Of a DNA stretch of 64,000 bases, positions 26,447 through 35,532 are shown piece by piece. Under the pieces are notes generated by a model. It was given only the letters and a program-made list of their open reading frames with translations, searched no databases and was not told where the DNA came from. The stretch covers positions 1 to 64,000 of IMG/VR virus record IMGVR_UViG_3300044634_002329; one strand, written 5' to 3'. The first letter of the stretch is position 1. Each line of letters opens with the position of its first letter. Origin of the DNA: a virus. A program made the position numbers and the translations under genes.

Positions 26447-27496
26447 ATGAAAACATCCATTACTATATTGCCAGAATTAGGTAGATTTGGGACTACTATT
26501 CTTAAAGGAATTTACCAAGGTAATACTCCTCATATTAGTGAATGGAGAACAACAACTCCTAACGAAACTGTTACTTTGCCTTATCAGACAAATGGAATTT
26601 ACAATGGTATTATTGATTGGGGTGACGGTACACAATCTATAAATAGTTACGAAAATAGAACTCATACTTATGCAACACCTGGTTTTCATACTATAACTAT
26701 TTATGGTAGGATTAGAATATTTAGATTTGCTAATACAGGTGATAAAGATAAATTATACCATATTTTTCAATGGGGTAGTCAATTTGATATTGGAGTAGGT
26801 GGAGCACAACTTTATGGTTGTTCAAATTTAGATCTTTCAATTGTATCAGATGTACTTATATTATATAGACCAGGACAATTATCTTATACTCAAAACTTTG
26901 CTAATATGTTTAGAGATTGTACATCTTTAACTACTATAAATAGAGTTAATGAATGGGATATGTCTAAAGTATTAAACATGGCTAGTTGTTTTTACAATTG
27001 TATTATTTTTAATCAAGATTTAAATAGTTGGGATGTAAGACTTGTAAATACAATGAATCAAATGTTTTATGGTTGTACATTATTTAACGGTAATATAAGT
27101 TCTTGGCAAACCATTTCTGTTACAGATATGTTAGGAATGTTTAGATTAGCACCAGATTTTAATCAAGATATTAGTGCTTGGGATACAACAGATGTAACAA
27201 CTATGAGAGGTATGTTTTATGGAGCCACTTTATTTAATCAAAATATTGGTAATTGGAATATAAGTAATGTGGATGCTGTGCAAACAGGATTTATTAATTT
27301 TATGGGATTAAAAACTTTTTCTGATTATTCAACAGCAAACTATGATGCTCTATTGATAGGTTGGGCATCAAGACCTGTACAACCTAATCAATCAATTAAC
27401 TTTGGTACAATTAAAAGAACAGTTGCATCAACAGCAGCAACATTAGTATTAACAAGTGCTCCAAACAATTGGACAATAGTAGATGGAGGGATATGA
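26447..27496 (+). CDS. DUF285/BspA-like repeat protein with PKD-like N-domain
   Basis: IDWGDG; 25-aa repeats FNQDISAWDTTDVTTMRGMF. Confidence 0.85.
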   Translation: MKTSITILPELGRFGTTILKGIYQGNTPHISEWRTTTPNETVTLPYQTNGIYNGIIDWGDGTQSINSYENRTHTYATPGFHTITIYGRIRIFRFANTGDKDKLYHIFQWGSQFDIGVGGAQLYGCSNLDLSIVSDVLILYRPGQLSYTQNFANMFRDCTSLTTINRVNEWDMSKVLNMASCFYNCIIFNQDLNSWDVRLVNTMNQMFYGCTLFNGNISSWQTISVTDMLGMFRLAPDFNQDISAWDTTDVTTMRGMFYGATLFNQNIGNWNISNVDAVQTGFINFMGLKTFSDYSTANYDALLIGWASRPVQPNQSINFGTIKRTVASTAATLVLTSAPNNWTIVDGGI

Positions 27497-27660
27497 GATA
27501 TTTTTTAGCACACAATGGATTAGATATTTTTCATTCAGGTAAACTTGAAGAAGGATCAGAAGTAAGTACAGGTCAACCATACTTGGAGTATTTTAATACT
27601 TTAGAAGAATTAATAGCAAGATTAACAGAATATAACCAGGAAATTCCTGAAGAAATATAA
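27493..27660 (+). CDS. small hypothetical protein
   Basis: ATGA overlap; MRYFLAHNG. Confidence 0.6.
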   Translation: MRYFLAHNGLDIFHSGKLEEGSEVSTGQPYLEYFNTLEELIARLTEYNQEIPEEI

Positions 27661-27667
27661 ATTTAAG

Positions 27668-28663
27668 ATGAGTACATCAATTACTAATAAAACAGTTATT
27701 AAAGATGAGGGTTCATTAATCCCATCTAACAATGTAATTAATTTTACTGGAGCTGGTGTATCTGTGTCTAATGTAGGTGGAGAAGCTACGGTAGTAATAC
27801 CTGGACCTGGTCCTTCAACAGGACTTAATTATCAAGGGTTATGGGATGCAACTGCAAATAATCCAGTATTAACTAGTAGTGTTGGTACAGCCGGAGATTT
27901 TTATATTGTTTCTACTGCAGGTACCACAAACCTTAATGGAATAACTGATTGGCAAGTTAGTGACTGGGCAATCTTTGAAGGAGGTGCATGGCAGAAAATA
28001 GATAACCATGATATTCCTGCATACAACACAGTTAAAGAAGAAAGTACTACATTACCTCAAAGATCAACATTAAAGTTTACAGGAACTGGTGTAACAGCAT
28101 CTGATGTAGCAGGAGAAACTGTAGTAAATGTACCAGGTAATATTCCTGCTACTAACTATGGATTATTTGCTCAAACAGGTAATAGTACTCCTGTAACAAA
28201 TGGTTCCCAAGGCACTCTTATAGATGGTGGAGTAGGAACATTAATTGTCCCTCCAAATGGATTTTCTGTAGGAGATAGTTTTAGTGCAAATTTTGGTGGA
28301 TTAATGTCTTGTAAAAGTAATGAGACACTTACTATTAGAATTAAATCAGGAGCTACTGAATTAAGTGTTTCTCCTACATTACAAATGCCTGGAACTACAA
28401 ATCAAGTTTGGTTATTAACAATTAACTTTACTATTAGAGCAATTGGTCCAGCAGGTACAGCATCTATTGTAGTATTAGCAGAACTGCATGTATTAAAACA
28501 AGCAAGCGGTACACAACAAGGTTTTGGATGGAACACAATTAAAACAACAGATTTTGATACAACCATATCTAATACTTTAGGTGTAACAGCACAATGGGGA
28601 AGTAATACTCCTGCTCAAAATTCAATTTATTCAGATATATTTGTACTTAACAAAACTTATTAA
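27668..28663 (+). CDS. tail-fibre-like structural protein
   Basis: YQGLWDATANNP...GDFYIVSTAG...WQKIDN domain between two FTG.GV repeats. Confidence 0.7.
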   Translation: MSTSITNKTVIKDEGSLIPSNNVINFTGAGVSVSNVGGEATVVIPGPGPSTGLNYQGLWDATANNPVLTSSVGTAGDFYIVSTAGTTNLNGITDWQVSDWAIFEGGAWQKIDNHDIPAYNTVKEESTTLPQRSTLKFTGTGVTASDVAGETVVNVPGNIPATNYGLFAQTGNSTPVTNGSQGTLIDGGVGTLIVPPNGFSVGDSFSANFGGLMSCKSNETLTIRIKSGATELSVSPTLQMPGTTNQVWLLTINFTIRAIGPAGTASIVVLAELHVLKQASGTQQGFGWNTIKTTDFDTTISNTLGVTAQWGSNTPAQNSIYSDIFVLNKTY

Positions 28664-28777
28664 AATGAAATTAAACATAACAAATATTAGTATTTTAGCA
28701 ACTGGAGTTATCCTTACAGGATTCCTGTATGGATATATAGTGACTAGGGTATTATAACTCTTTATTTATATATAACA

Positions 28778-29077
28778 ATGGACAAGACATCATTAACAAT
28801 TTTATTATTTATAGCAGCCACAGTTCTGGGAATTTTTGGCTACTTTTTAAAGAGTGTTCACAAGGATGTGAAAGACTTTATTAATGAATCATCTGATAAC
28901 AACAGAAGACTTACAGAAGAACTAGGAAGATTAAAAGGAAAGATTGAACTAGTAGAACAAGAGTCAAGATTAAAGTATCAGGCTATTCAAGAACAAACTC
29001 AGATAGAGCTGAAGAACTTAGCTAAAAATGTTAATGATCTATCCCTTGCAGTTAAAGAATTAATTTTAAACAAATAA
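28778..29077 (+). CDS. TM/coiled-coil lysis-region protein
   Basis: N-terminal TM then coiled coil; upstream of holin. Confidence 0.6.
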   Translation: MDKTSLTILLFIAATVLGIFGYFLKSVHKDVKDFINESSDNNRRLTEELGRLKGKIELVEQESRLKYQAIQEQTQIELKNLAKNVNDLSLAVKELILNK

Positions 29078-29079
29078 CC

Positions 29080-29319
29080 ATGAAAGATTTAAAAGAAAGA
29101 TGGAATTCTAAAACACCAAGTTTTTGGAAGAAAGTACAACGTATTGCTATTGTAGTTGGAGCAGTAGCTGGTACAATAATTGCAGCTCCTATTGCATTAC
29201 CAGCAGCTGTGATTACTGCAGCAGGATATGCAGTGGCTATTGGAACAGCAGTGGCTACAGTATCACAGTTTACAGTAGAAGACAAACCAACAAACACAGA
29301 AGAAAATGTTAACAACTGA
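29080..29319 (+). CDS. putative holin
   Basis: Two TM segments; directly upstream of endolysin. Confidence 0.65.
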   Translation: MKDLKERWNSKTPSFWKKVQRIAIVVGAVAGTIIAAPIALPAAVITAAGYAVAIGTAVATVSQFTVEDKPTNTEENVNN

Positions 29320-29770
29320 AAAAACAATTAAAAAATATGGAATTCCCAATGTTGAAGGTACATATCTTACAACAATTACTCTACCTTATCCAATGCGTAT
29401 TGCATGGGATACTAAGGTTACTACAACTAAACTTAGATGCCATAAGTTAATTGCAGATAAAGTCTTAGCAGTATTTAAAGAAATCTTAGCAGTATATGGA
29501 TTACCAAAGATTCAAGAACTAGGTATTGACTTATTTGGAGGATGTTTTAATTTTAGAAAAATGAGAGGTGGATCAGATTGGTCTAAACACTCATGGGGAA
29601 TAGCTATTGACTTAGACCCTGCTAGAAATAAATTAAAAGAAACATCAAAGACTGCAAGATTTGCAAGACCTGAGTACAAACAAATGATTGATATCTTTGA
29701 AAAACATGGATTCCTTTCTCTAGGGAGATTGCACAACTATGACTGGATGCATTTTGAAATAAAAGAATAG
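29306..29770 (+). CDS. endolysin, peptidase M15 family
   Basis: FNFR...[10 protein letters not shown]...DWMHFE. Confidence 0.85.
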   Translation: MLTTEKTIKKYGIPNVEGTYLTTITLPYPMRIAWDTKVTTTKLRCHKLIADKVLAVFKEILAVYGLPKIQELGIDLFGGCFNFRKMRGGSDWSKHSWGIAIDLDPARNKLKETSKTARFARPEYKQMIDIFEKHGFLSLGRLHNYDWMHFEIKE

Positions 29771-29773
29771 ACT

Positions 29774-29932
29774 ATGAAATTTAGAAATAATTGGAAAGTA
29801 AAGAACAAACAATGGGATAAGTTTGCTTTACGGCTTAGACTTGGGTTTTTTGATATACTTACTATTGAAGTAGATATATCAAGAGAATTTTACATGTTGA
29901 CTATTTTAAACTTTACACTTAAAAATAGATAA
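29774..29932 (+). CDS. small hypothetical protein (52 aa)
   Basis: MKFRNNWKVKNKQWDKF..., followed by terminator. Confidence 0.6.
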   Translation: MKFRNNWKVKNKQWDKFALRLRLGFFDILTIEVDISREFYMLTILNFTLKNR

Positions 29933-29957
29933 TTTACAACAGTTATTAATAATACTT

Positions 29958-29990
29958 AACCCATGTTACTTTAAGTGATGTGGGTTTTTT
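29958..29990 (+). terminator. intrinsic terminator
   Basis: AACCCATGTTAC...GTGATGTGGGTTTTTT. Confidence 0.7.
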
Positions 29991-30053
29991 GTTTAAATTT
30001 TGTAAGTTTAAACTTTTTATTATACATTTGTATAAACTTAAAAAATATAAATC

Positions 30054-30290
30054 ATGGAAAACCAACAAGAACAAGAGTTAACAGCTGAAGAATTAACAGC
30101 AAGAAAAGAAGAGATGTTAAAGTTTTATACTGACTCTGTACCGTATTTAGAAGCACAGTTAAAGTATGAATCTTTATTAACTCAAATTGAAGAGTCAAGA
30201 TTTAAAAGAACCAACATTCAATTTCAATATGCTATGATGATGGATAGTCAAAAAGAAGTAATTGAAAAAGAAGAACAAGAAGAAGAATAA
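30054..30290 (+). CDS. coiled-coil hypothetical protein
   Basis: After TACATTTG promoter. Confidence 0.7.
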   Translation: MENQQEQELTAEELTARKEEMLKFYTDSVPYLEAQLKYESLLTQIEESRFKRTNIQFQYAMMMDSQKEVIEKEEQEEE

Positions 30291-30670
30291 TGGCTTTAGT
30301 AAATCAAGTACAAAAACGTGTAAGAATGTCCAAATGGGACATTGTTAAATATCAGATTCTTACTTATTGTTATATTAAACATATAGCATTAAGTGAGTCT
30401 GATTTAAACTGTTTAACATTTCTTAGTTTAAATCAACCAATTGAATTAACACATTTTTGTTATGATGCATCTTCAGATGAAGAACTAATATTTAAATCTC
30501 CACAAACAGTAAGAAACTGTATTAACAAAGCAGAAAAAAATAATTTAGTGATAAAAGATCCAGCTAATAAAAAACTTATTATGATCAATCCTGAATTAAA
30601 ACTTCAAGTAGAAGGTGCTATATTATTGGATTTTAAATTCTTAGCAAATGATCCCGAAGAAAGCAAGTAA
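30290..30670 (+). CDS. putative winged-helix DNA-binding protein
   Basis: LSESDLNCL...SPQTVRNCINKAEKNNLVIK. Confidence 0.55.
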   Translation: MALVNQVQKRVRMSKWDIVKYQILTYCYIKHIALSESDLNCLTFLSLNQPIELTHFCYDASSDEELIFKSPQTVRNCINKAEKNNLVIKDPANKKLIMINPELKLQVEGAILLDFKFLANDPEESK

Positions 30671-31049
30671 ATTATATATAGAAGTATCAGAAGATTTAAA
30701 CATTGATGAGTCTTTAGTAGAAACACTTATTGAATTTTATTACAAAGAAGTAAGAAAATCAATGACAGAATTAAAACATCCAAGATTAACTATTGAAGGA
30801 TTAGGTAGTTTTGTTATTAAACCTTATGCTGTAAGAAAAGCAATACCTAGATATATTAAAACACTAGATGATCATGATACCTCTACATTTAATGCTTATT
30901 ATAACAAAAAAAGTGTTGAAAGTAAATTGGATGCTTTAATTAAAATAGAAGAAAAAATAGTTGAAGAAGAAAATAGTAAAGAAACCTTTTTAAAAAGAAA
31001 AGATGAGTACCTTAAAAAAAATATGGAAAGACCGGAACAAGATTCTTGA
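30648..31049 (+). CDS. HU/IHF-like protein
   Basis: EVSEDLNI...RLTIEGLGSFVIK. Confidence 0.7.
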   Translation: MIPKKASKLYIEVSEDLNIDESLVETLIEFYYKEVRKSMTELKHPRLTIEGLGSFVIKPYAVRKAIPRYIKTLDDHDTSTFNAYYNKKSVESKLDALIKIEEKIVEEENSKETFLKRKDEYLKKNMERPEQDS

Positions 31050-31299
31050 AGGTATAACCAATGCCATCATACGTGATGAGTTTGTAGAAGATGTTGCAAA
31101 ACATAGAATGGAAGTTTGTGATGCATGTGAATTTAAAGGAGACAAATGTCTTGTACCCGGTACATCTCCTTGTTGTAATGACTGTGGTTGTTCATTAACA
31201 TTTAAGACTAGATCATTGTCATCAGAATGTCCGCAAGATAAATGGAAAGCTTTATTGTCTGAAGAAGAGGAAGACAAATTAGATAACCTTAAAGACTAA
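31003..31299 (+). CDS. Cys-rich zinc-binding protein
   Basis: RMEVCDAC...CCNDCGC...KTR...CP..KW. Confidence 0.7.
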   Translation: MSTLKKIWKDRNKILEGITNAIIRDEFVEDVAKHRMEVCDACEFKGDKCLVPGTSPCCNDCGCSLTFKTRSLSSECPQDKWKALLSEEEEDKLDNLKD

Positions 31300-31303
31300 T
31301 ATT

Positions 31304-31669
31304 ATGAATCCAATTTCAAATAATACATCAGACCAATGGCTTAATAATTGGCAAGATATATTACAAAAAGGTAGTATACAACCAATAGATCCATTACAAC
31401 AAATGAATGTAACTACTACTAATCATAGTCATATCTTTGGTGGAGTAATTAATGATGGATCTACATATTCTGAACCTTGGACAGATCCTATTGTTTTAGT
31501 TAAAACAAGATTAGACAAATTAGAACTTCAAAACAAGTTTTTAAAATTAAAAATCCTTCAATTAGAAGGTACATTTACTAAAAAAGAGGTAGCTAATATT
31601 AGAGCTATGCTTACATCTAATGATGAAGCATCTATTACATTAGCTGATTCTATAATTGAAAATGCATAA
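31304..31669 (+). CDS. hypothetical protein
   Basis: 121-aa ORF. Confidence 0.65.
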   Translation: MNPISNNTSDQWLNNWQDILQKGSIQPIDPLQQMNVTTTNHSHIFGGVINDGSTYSEPWTDPIVLVKTRLDKLELQNKFLKLKILQLEGTFTKKEVANIRAMLTSNDEASITLADSIIENA

Positions 31670-31671
31670 TT

Positions 31672-32505
31672 ATGAGTATAATATTTAATGATGCAGACCA
31701 TAGTTATAAAAGTATTGATGGTGATAATATTGATTGGGTTAGTGTAACTACATTAATCTCAAATTTTAAAAAACCATTTGATGGAAAAACTATAGCTGCT
31801 AAAGTCAGTAAAAATAAGAGATCTAAATGGTTTGGTATTGAACCAGAAACTATTTTAAAAATTTGGGATGATGAGTCTCAAAGAGCTATGAAGCTTGGTA
31901 CATTTTATCATAATCAAAGAGAAGCTGACTTATGTAGTTTAGCATCTATTGAAAAAGATGGAGTGACTATACCAGTTTTTATTCCTAATGTTGAACCTAA
32001 TGGTATCAAAGTTGCACCTAATCAAAAGTTAGATTCAGGAGTATACCCAGAACATATGGTATATCTTAAGTCTGCAGGTATATGTGGACAATCGGATTTA
32101 GTTGAAGTAGTTAATGGTAAAATATATATTATTGATTATAAGACTAATAAAGAAATTAAGACAGAATCTTTTGTAAATTGGGAAGGTTTATCTGATAAAT
32201 TATCTTTTCCATTATCACATTTAGATGATTGTAATTTTAATCACTATGCATTACAATTAAGTATATATATGTATATTATGTTAAAGCATAATCCTAAATT
32301 AAAACCAGGAGCAATGTATATACATCATATAGTATTTGAAGAAGATGATAAAGATGAAAATGGTTATCCTGTAACTAAGTATTCTCTAGAAGGAGACCCT
32401 ATTGTAAAAGAAGTTATACCTATGGAAATACCTTATTTAGCAGATGAAGTAAGATCAATTATTCTTTGGTTATCTGATAATAAACATAAACTAAAAAAAA
32501 AATAA
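31672..32505 (+). CDS. PD-(D/E)XK nuclease
   Basis: SVTT, GT..H, E, GQSD, IIDYKT, YALQLSIY. Confidence 0.85.
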   Translation: MSIIFNDADHSYKSIDGDNIDWVSVTTLISNFKKPFDGKTIAAKVSKNKRSKWFGIEPETILKIWDDESQRAMKLGTFYHNQREADLCSLASIEKDGVTIPVFIPNVEPNGIKVAPNQKLDSGVYPEHMVYLKSAGICGQSDLVEVVNGKIYIIDYKTNKEIKTESFVNWEGLSDKLSFPLSHLDDCNFNHYALQLSIYMYIMLKHNPKLKPGAMYIHHIVFEEDDKDENGYPVTKYSLEGDPIVKEVIPMEIPYLADEVRSIILWLSDNKHKLKKK

Positions 32506-32506
32506 T

Positions 32507-32809
32507 ATGAAACTTTATGAAGTAAGACATTTTGATGCAAACTATCCAGGACGTACAAAAATATTAAAGTATAAATCATTTGTAATATTTAAATATAAAC
32601 GTAAGATGTTGGTTTATTTAAAACCATTAGAAGAAGAATCATATTATTTTAAAAATCCTGATAATCCTGAAACATTTTTAAAGGGTTATGTTGTATGTAA
32701 AAATGATCATATTTTAATGTATCCTTATCTTGCAACAGATTTTATAGATGGATTAAAAAAATTGTTTAGAATAAAAACAAAAATCAAACCTATAAATCCA
32801 TTTGTATGA
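32507..32809 (+). CDS. hypothetical protein
   Basis: Coupled ORF. Confidence 0.6.
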   Translation: MKLYEVRHFDANYPGRTKILKYKSFVIFKYKRKMLVYLKPLEEESYYFKNPDNPETFLKGYVVCKNDHILMYPYLATDFIDGLKKLFRIKTKIKPINPFV

Positions 32810-33321
32810 TAGTTAAATTATTTGATATACAAAACGGAGTTGTTATACCTACAGAACATTGTTATACTCTTAAGTCTTTAAAAGATATCATGGATATTTA
32901 TCCAGAAGATTATTTAAAGATCTATCAGTATTTGTTTTATATGACATGTCCTAATCCAGATTTGAACCCATTTTTTCATACTCCAGAAACAGATAAAGAA
33001 GATCTTATACTTTCTGAAATACAGGCAGAATTCTCTACTGAAGATACAGAAATCTATAAGGCATTAATGTTTTGTGAAAAGTTATATGAAACACCCACTT
33101 CTAGAGCATATAAGGGTATTAAATCCATGCTTGATAGATTGGGTAAGTATATGGAAATAACGTCCATTACAGATGGTAAAGATGGTAATTTAACAGCATT
33201 GATTAATGCAGCTAAGAATTATGAATCAGTCAGAAACTCTTTTAAGGGGGTTTACAAAGACTTGCAAGATGAACAACAAAGTAGAGCTAGAGGTGGTCAA
33301 GGTTTAGCTTATGATAGTTAA
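32806..33321 (+). CDS. conserved protein, candidate terminase small subunit
   Basis: Directly upstream of TerL; helical. Confidence 0.5.
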   Translation: MIVKLFDIQNGVVIPTEHCYTLKSLKDIMDIYPEDYLKIYQYLFYMTCPNPDLNPFFHTPETDKEDLILSEIQAEFSTEDTEIYKALMFCEKLYETPTSRAYKGIKSMLDRLGKYMEITSITDGKDGNLTALINAAKNYESVRNSFKGVYKDLQDEQQSRARGGQGLAYDS

Positions 33322-33323
33322 TT

Positions 33324-35525
33324 ATGGAAAATATATACACTAACATACCTACATGGGATAATGGTACATGGACTACTACTTCTTTTGATTCAAGAGAAGA
33401 TTGGAGAACCTATGTATTTTCTTTGTTTAAAGAACCTGGTCAATATGAGTTTGATGAAATAAGCAATACAGTGTTTAACTCTGAGTCAACTAAATTTAGA
33501 AATTCTAAAGTATATTGTACTGCAGCATTTAAGTCAAAAGACTTTATTAACTACTGGGATGATCAAAAGAATAAATGTAGACTAGGAGTAATTGTTAAAT
33601 CAAATAATAAAACCTGGTACTTATCTAGAGATTATTATATGTGGTTAAACTTCTTACCTATCTTTGATAAAGAACAACAAAAGTTTGACTTTGCTCAAAT
33701 TAGAGATGCTCAGTATCATATGGCATTATATGAAATATTAGCTGAGTTATTCTATCAACATTCTGCTATTCTTAAAAAACGTCAGATAGCATCATCATAT
33801 TTTCATGCAGGTAAACTTATTAATCAGTTATGGTTTGAGGCCGGAGTCACACTTAAAATGGGAGCTAGTCTTAAAGATTACATAAATGAAAAAGGTACTT
33901 GGAAATTCTTAAATGAATATGCTGCATTTTTAAATGAACACACTGCTTGGTATAGACCTATGTCACCAGATAAAGTAATGATGTGGCAACAAAAAATTGA
34001 AGTAAGAATAGGAGATAGAAAAGCAGAGGTTGGATTAAAAGGTACCATGCAAGGTATGTCTTTTGATAAAGATCCGACAAATGGTGTAGGGGGTCCGGTT
34101 AAATACTTTTTTCATGAAGAAGCTGGTATTGCTCCTAAGATGAATACTACTTTTGGATATATTAAACCGGCCTTAAAATCAGGTATGATCACAACAGGTA
34201 TGTTTATAGCTGCAGGATCAGTGGGAGATTTAGATCAATGTGAACCACTTAAAAAAATGATTTTACAACCTGAAGCTAATGATATATATGCTGTAACTAC
34301 TAATTTAATTGATGAAGATTTTACTGTGGGTATGTCAGGTTTATTTATTCCTGAACAATGGTCTATGCCACCATATATTGATGATTATGGTAATTCACTT
34401 GTAGAAGAAGCATTAAAAGCTTTAGATGAGTATTTTGAAAAATGCAAAAAAACCATGGATCCTGAAGATTATCAATTGGAGATATCTCAGCATCCTAGAA
34501 ATATTGCAGAAGCATTTAAACATAGAAAAGTATCTAAGTTCCCATCTCACTTAGTTAATGCTCAATTAAAAAGAATTGAAGATAAAGAGTATGCATATGA
34601 GTACTTAGATATATCTAGAGATGCTGAAGGACGGGTGGTAACTAAAGCAAGTAATAGACAACCTATTAAAGAATTCCCTATTACAAAGAAAACAGAAGAT
34701 AAAACTGGAGTACTAGTAGTATGGGAAAGACCTATTCCTAATCCAGGATTTGGACAGTATTATGCTTCTATTGACCCCGTATCAGAGGGTAAAACAACAA
34801 CATCAGAATCATTGTGTTCTATATATATTATGAAAGCTCCTGTAGAAGTTACTAAGGTTACATCAGGAGAAACAGAAACTTATATAGAAGAAGATAAAAT
34901 AGTAGCAGCTTGGTGTGGCCGATTTGATGATATTAAGCAAACACATGAAAGATTAGAGATGATTATAGAATGGTATAATGCATGGACAGTAATTGAAAAT
35001 AACATTTCATTATTTATCCAGTACATGATCTCTAGAAAAAAACAAAGATACTTAGTACCAAAAAGTCAGATCATGTTCTTAAAAGATCTTGGTGCTAATG
35101 CTAACGTGTTCCAGGAGTATGGTTGGAAAAATACCGGTGTATTATTTAAACAACACCTTATTAGTTATGCTATTGAGTATACAAAAGAAGAACTAGATAC
35201 TGAAACTAAAGCGGATGGTACAATAGTTAGAACTAAATATGGTATTGAAAGAATACCAGATCCTATGTTATTAAAAGAAATGCAAGCTTATGTTGATGGA
35301 CTTAACGTGGATAGGATGGTAGCATTCTGTGCATTGGTTGCATTTATGAGAATACAACAAGCTAACCGTGGTTATACTAAAAGAGTTATCATGGATGAAG
35401 CATCCAAAAACTTGGAAAAGTCAAAAAATTTGTTTAAATTAAATAAGAGTCCTTTCCGTCATATGGGTGGATCAGGATTTGGGAATTCAGGGATTAAAAG
35501 ATCTGCATTCAGAAACTTAAAGTAA
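33324..35525 (+). CDS. terL: terminase large subunit
   Basis: KKRQIASSY Walker A variant, FFHEEAG Walker B, SIDP nuclease motif; crAss-like synteny. Confidence 0.9.
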   Translation: MENIYTNIPTWDNGTWTTTSFDSREDWRTYVFSLFKEPGQYEFDEISNTVFNSESTKFRNSKVYCTAAFKSKDFINYWDDQKNKCRLGVIVKSNNKTWYLSRDYYMWLNFLPIFDKEQQKFDFAQIRDAQYHMALYEILAELFYQHSAILKKRQIASSYFHAGKLINQLWFEAGVTLKMGASLKDYINEKGTWKFLNEYAAFLNEHTAWYRPMSPDKVMMWQQKIEVRIGDRKAEVGLKGTMQGMSFDKDPTNGVGGPVKYFFHEEAGIAPKMNTTFGYIKPALKSGMITTGMFIAAGSVGDLDQCEPLKKMILQPEANDIYAVTTNLIDEDFTVGMSGLFIPEQWSMPPYIDDYGNSLVEEALKALDEYFEKCKKTMDPEDYQLEISQHPRNIAEAFKHRKVSKFPSHLVNAQLKRIEDKEYAYEYLDISRDAEGRVVTKASNRQPIKEFPITKKTEDKTGVLVVWERPIPNPGFGQYYASIDPVSEGKTTTSESLCSIYIMKAPVEVTKVTSGETETYIEEDKIVAAWCGRFDDIKQTHERLEMIIEWYNAWTVIENNISLFIQYMISRKKQRYLVPKSQIMFLKDLGANANVFQEYGWKNTGVLFKQHLISYAIEYTKEELDTETKADGTIVRTKYGIERIPDPMLLKEMQAYVDGLNVDRMVAFCALVAFMRIQQANRGYTKRVIMDEASKNLEKSKNLFKLNKSPFRHMGGSGFGNSGIKRSAFRNLK

Positions 35526-35532
35526 AAAAATT

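Noticed and set aside
23957-28663. Diversity-generating retroelement acting on fibres
   Set aside because: No reverse transcriptase or adenine-variable repeat pair seen in the window.
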